64,000 nt of DNA, taken from an uncultured delta proteobacterium. Its GTDB lineage: Bacteria > Desulfobacterota > Binatia > UBA9968. The DNA is taken from the NCBI GenBank assembly GCA_963847445.1, contig CAWJZV010000015.1, positions 192,001-256,000 of the forward strand. The letters run 5' to 3'. Position numbers and translations under genes: made by a program. Below, one piece after another: positions 60,435-64,000 of this stretch; position 1 is the stretch's first letter; every line of letters starts with the position of its first letter. The notes beneath the pieces are model-generated. The model saw only the letters and a list, made by a program, of their open reading frames with translations, searched no databases and was not told the DNA's origin.

Positions 60435-61042
60435 ATGGAGGTTTCGATGACAATTCGTGGGAGAAATGCAAATTGCGGATTTTTGCTGCTTGGATTAGTT
60501 GCGCTCGGCTGTGCACCGACAGCGCCACCCAAACCCGACCCGGCGTTTACGGGGGAACCGGCTCAGCGTCGGCAAAGTCCTCCGACACTGTACGCTCCGG
60601 CGACGGTCAGCGTGGCGCTACCAAAGAGTCGGACGCGACCGCGTCGAGCCTGAAGGCGTTGCAAGAGGGCAAGCCGCCGATCACGCCGGCGTCGAGTCCC
60701 TTGAAAGACGCTTTCTTCGACTTCGACCGCTACGATCTCAGCGCTGACGCGCGCGCCGTTTTGCGCGCCAACGCCGATTGGCTTAAAGGCAATCCGTCGG
60801 TGCGGGTCGAGATAGAAGGCCACTGCGATGAGCGCGGCACCAGCGATTACAATCTAGCATTGGGCGCGAAAAGAGCCCAGACGGCGCGGGAATACCTGGT
60901 GTCGTTGGGAATAGCGCCGGATCGTTTGTCGACAACCAGCTATGGTGAGGAAATCCCGGTATGCCAAGAGCACTCGGAAGGCTGTTGGCGGCAAAATCGC
61001 CGGGCACGCTTTGTCGTCGTCGAACGACGCTCCACTTCTTGA
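60435..61042 (+). CDS. pal: Peptidoglycan-associated lipoprotein; one frameshift
   Basis: Lipobox ALGC in one frame; FFDFDRYDL, IEGHCDERGT..YNLALG, SYGEE and NRRA in the other. Confidence 0.93.
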
Positions 61043-61045
61043 TCG

Positions 61046-61945
61046 ATGGCTATTATTATAAGGACGGCTCCATTGTTCACTTATAAATATCAAATCCTAT
61101 TTGTCTTGACCGCTTTGGTGGTTGCGTCCGGCTGTGTGAACCCGCAGCAGGTAGATCTGCTCGAACGCGACCAACGGCGGCTGCGTGGCGATGTCGGTTC
61201 GATACAGTCGAATATCGGTACGATGCAGTCCGATATCGACGCGGTGCGGACAAGTTTGGCCGATACCCGGGCCAACTTACAGCAGATGCAACGCGATATC
61301 AGCGCGATTCGCGAGCGCATCGATGAAACCCGAGTGCAAGTCGGACGGCAAATCGGCCAAACCAGCCGGGATGGCGATCAGCGGGTTAAGACTTTAGAGT
61401 CTCGTTTGCTCAAACTTGAAGAAGATGCCAAAGCCCAAGCTGAGCATTTGAAAAACCGCGAAGCCGAGATCCAGCAACTGAAGGAGGCTGCGCAAACGGC
61501 GCAAGCTGCTCAAGCCGCTCAAGCGAACGCACCGGATGGCTATGCCGAAGCGGCGCTTGGCGAGTCGGACGGGGCGCGGCGAGATTTTGACAGCGGCTGG
61601 CGTCTGTTCGAACGCAAAGATTTTCGCTCGGCGGCCGGCCGGTTTCGCGAGTTCGTGAAAAAATATCCCAAGAGCCGGATCGCGGCGAACGCGCAATATT
61701 GGCTCGGTGAATGCCACTACGGTCTCAAAGAATACGACAAGGCGATCGTTGAGTTGGACGAAGTGCGGCGCCGTTACCCGCAATCGGAGAAAGTCCCGGC
61801 GGCGCTGTTGCGGCAGGGCTTCGCCTTTGCCGAGCTCGGTGAAAAATTAAACGCCCGTTTGGTGCTGCAAGATGTCGTCGAAAAGTATTCCCAATCTCCG
61901 GAAGCGCTCAAGGCCAAGCAAAAACTCAAATCCCTCGAGTCCTAG
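61046..61945 (+). CDS. cpoB: Tol-Pal system protein CpoB/YbgF
   Basis: Lipoprotein signal, coiled coil and TPRs (NAQYWLGE, KVPAALL); follows pal. Confidence 0.92.
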   Translation: MAIIIRTAPLFTYKYQILFVLTALVVASGCVNPQQVDLLERDQRRLRGDVGSIQSNIGTMQSDIDAVRTSLADTRANLQQMQRDISAIRERIDETRVQVGRQIGQTSRDGDQRVKTLESRLLKLEEDAKAQAEHLKNREAEIQQLKEAAQTAQAAQAAQANAPDGYAEAALGESDGARRDFDSGWRLFERKDFRSAAGRFREFVKKYPKSRIAANAQYWLGECHYGLKEYDKAIVELDEVRRRYPQSEKVPAALLRQGFAFAELGEKLNARLVLQDVVEKYSQSPEALKAKQKLKSLES

Positions 61946-62048
61946 CCCCTTGTCATCCGCATAGCGCAACGAAGTGCCGCGCTATGCGCGCCTGCTTGGC
62001 GCACCGGTGTGACTCCCAGAGTGGTTCGGTGTTATTGTACGGTATACC

Positions 62049-62999
62049 ATGCAGATAATCCGTCACATCGACGATCCCGCGCTCGCCTTCGAGGGCGCCA
62101 GCGTGACTTTGGGCAACTTCGATGGCATTCACTTGGGCCATCAGGAGCTCATCAAGAATACGGTTGACGATGCCAGGCGGCTGGGAGTGTGCTCCGCGGT
62201 GTTAACTTTCGAGCCTCATCCACTGCGCGTGCTCGCTCCCGACCGGGCGCCTAAGATGCTGCTTACCCATAAGGACAAGATGCAGCTGCTGCAAGCGCTC
62301 GGTGTCGATTGCGTGGTGATTCAACAGTTCGATCGCGCCTTTGCCGCCATTCCCGCACAGGAGTTCGTGCGCAAGTATTTGCGCGAGCGGCTGCACGCCA
62401 AGAAGGTTTGGGTCGGCAAGGATCTACGCTTTGGCAAGGGACGCGGCGGCGATATCGAGAACTTGCGCGCCTGGGGCGCGCAATTGGAGTACGCAGTGGG
62501 CATTGTCGAGCCGGTCATGGTAGCTGGCGAGCGCGTCAGTAGCTCGCGGATTCGCGAACTCATCGGCGCCGGCGCAGTCGCCGCGGTGCAGCCGATGTTG
62601 GCGCGATACTATTTCATTTCCGGCAAGGTCGTGCCCGGTCACCGGCGCGGCCGTGAGCTCGGCTTTCCGACGGCCAACATCGTCAGCCGGGCCGAGATCG
62701 TTCCGCGCGACGGTATCTATGCGACCTTGTTCCACCTCGGCGAGAAGGTTCTGCCCAGCGTTACCAGCGTCGGGCTTAACCCTACCTTCGGCGCCGGCCC
62801 GCGCACCGTCGAGAGCTATATATTGCATTTTGATCGGGACATTTACGGCGAGTCGGTGCAGGTATCGTTCGTCGCTCGGCTCCGTGACGAATTGAACTTC
62901 GCTTCGGTGACATCGTTGATCGAGCAGATCCATGTCGATATCGCTGACGCCAAGAAAATCCTCGCAGTTCAGGGCTTTGCTGTCGACGACATAGGCTGA
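62049..62999 (+). CDS. ribF: Bifunctional riboflavin kinase / FAD synthetase
   Basis: GNFDGIHLGH, TFEPHP, SSSRIR, GRELGFPTAN and NPTF motifs. Confidence 0.97.
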   Translation: MQIIRHIDDPALAFEGASVTLGNFDGIHLGHQELIKNTVDDARRLGVCSAVLTFEPHPLRVLAPDRAPKMLLTHKDKMQLLQALGVDCVVIQQFDRAFAAIPAQEFVRKYLRERLHAKKVWVGKDLRFGKGRGGDIENLRAWGAQLEYAVGIVEPVMVAGERVSSSRIRELIGAGAVAAVQPMLARYYFISGKVVPGHRRGRELGFPTANIVSRAEIVPRDGIYATLFHLGEKVLPSVTSVGLNPTFGAGPRTVESYILHFDRDIYGESVQVSFVARLRDELNFASVTSLIEQIHVDIADAKKILAVQGFAVDDIG

Positions 63000-63014
63000 C
63001 GCAAAATCTTAAGC

Positions 63015-64000
63015 ATGGGATTGGCACGATTCACGATTGGGGTCGAGACGGCGGGCATGCGCTTGGATGTGTTCGTCGCGCGCCACTATGCCGCGCCGGC
63101 AGCAGCCGAGGCAATGAGCCGTGCCGGGGTACAGAAGCTTATCGATGTCGGTCAGGTGACCGTCAACGGTGCGCGCATGAAGTCCAGTGTCCGGGTGAAA
63201 TTGGCCGACCGTATCGAGATTCACATCCCGGCCGTGCGTGAGATCGGTTTGATCGCTGAGGATTTGCCTTTGACGATTCTCTATGAAGATCAAGATATTA
63301 TTGTAATTCACAAAGCCGCTGGCATGGTCGTTCACCCCGCGGCGGGGCGTACGAGTGGCACATTGGTCAACGCAATCTTGCACCATTGCCCGGCGATCGC
63401 GGGTATTGGCGGTGAGCGGCGGCCGGGGATCGTGCATCGTCTCGATAAGGACACGTCGGGTGTGATGGTGGTTGCCAAAAACGATTTGGCGATGCGCAGT
63501 TTGGTGGATCAATTCAAGGGCCGCACGGTGCGCAAAGAATATATTGCGCTGGTACATGGGCGCATGGCAGGGGAGCGGGGCGAGATTGACCGGGCCATCG
63601 GCCGCCATCGCAGCGATCGGAAACGGATGTCGAGTCTGCGCGTCCTCGGTAAGAGCCGTGAAGCTACGACTGAGTGGATCGTTGAGAGTCGATACGCCGT
63701 GCCGCTGGCGGACCGGGGGGTCGCTTGGTACTGTTTGATCCGTCTGTTTCCCCGCACCGGTCGCACGCATCAGATCCGCGTTCACCTCGCCGATCTTGGC
63801 CATCCTTTGGTTGGCGATCGAGTCTACGGTCGCCGTCGGACTGCGGCGCCACAAAATGAATTATTCGGCGCAGGCATCGACGGCTTCTTGCGCCACGCGC
63901 TGCACGCCGAGAAGTTGAGCTTCGATCATGTGCGCAGCGGCGAACGGCTGGAGTTTCGCGCGCCTCTAGCCGACGACCTAGTGAACTTGGTTCAATCGCT
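63015..64000 (+). CDS. rluD: RluA-family 23S rRNA pseudouridine synthase with S4 domain; runs off the window end
   Basis: Absent from the ORF track because there is no stop in the window. Own translation from ATG 63015 gives RLDVF, KAAGMVVHP, RPGIVHRLDKDTSG, TGRTHQIRVH and GHPLVGD..YG. Confidence 0.92.
   Translation, partial: MGLARFTIGVETAGMRLDVFVARHYAAPAAAEAMSRAGVQKLIDVGQVTVNGARMKSSVRVKLADRIEIHIPAVREIGLIAEDLPLTILYEDQDIIVIHKAAGMVVHPAAGRTSGTLVNAILHHCPAIAGIGGERRPGIVHRLDKDTSGVMVVAKNDLAMRSLVDQFKGRTVRKEYIALVHGRMAGERGEIDRAIGRHRSDRKRMSSLRVLGKSREATTEWIVESRYAVPLADRGVAWYCLIRLFPRTGRTHQIRVHLADLGHPLVGDRVYGRRRTAAPQNELFGAGIDGFLRHALHAEKLSFDHVRSGERLEFRAPLADDLVNLVQS

Noticed and set aside
1-61042. Around twenty genes with frameshifts, read as programmed frameshifting or mass pseudogenisation
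   Set aside because: They include core genes (pgk, tolB, pal), are single-base indels with otherwise intact motifs and share no obvious slippery motif. Long-read or assembly error is far more likely; polishing with short reads would confirm.
6496-63854. Long antisense ORFs (for example 6496-7455, 16313-17185, 32234-33214, 37614-38492, 63009-63854)
   Set aside because: They are shadows of well-supported genes on the opposite strand in GC-rich DNA and carry no recognisable motifs.

Overview
GC-rich bacterial chromosome segment. The gene content (many orphan solute-binding proteins, amidohydrolases, VOC, LLM and UbiD enzymes) suggests a soil or sediment deltaproteobacterium-like lineage such as Candidatus Binatia; this is inference only. 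Bases 1-54 kb are an accessory catabolic region: a TPP enzyme, an itaconate-type CoA cluster (CitE, MaoC, CaiB, acyl-CoA dehydrogenase), an LLM-hydantoinase A/B-SDR-Eda-dihydroxyphthalate-decarboxylase-like-LVIVD run, a heme-oxygenase-like diiron protein, UbiD, adenine deaminase, a truncated IS3 and several gene remnants. Bases 54-64 kb are core genes: tRNA-Leu(GAG), secG, tpiA and pgk, divergent from tolQRAB-pal-cpoB-ribF-rluD. Many genes, including core ones, carry single-base frameshifts that are most likely long-read indel errors. The ORF track misses or obscures three notable things: (1) a UxxC selenoprotein peroxiredoxin-like gene with an in-frame TGA and a SECIS-like hairpin (43765-44256, minus strand); (2) an LspA-like membrane protein that has lost a catalytic Asp and gained a CPPC motif (22971-23682); (3) a diverse set of intergenic palindromic and short-tandem repeat families, one of which brackets a whole gene with 15-bp inverted repeats.
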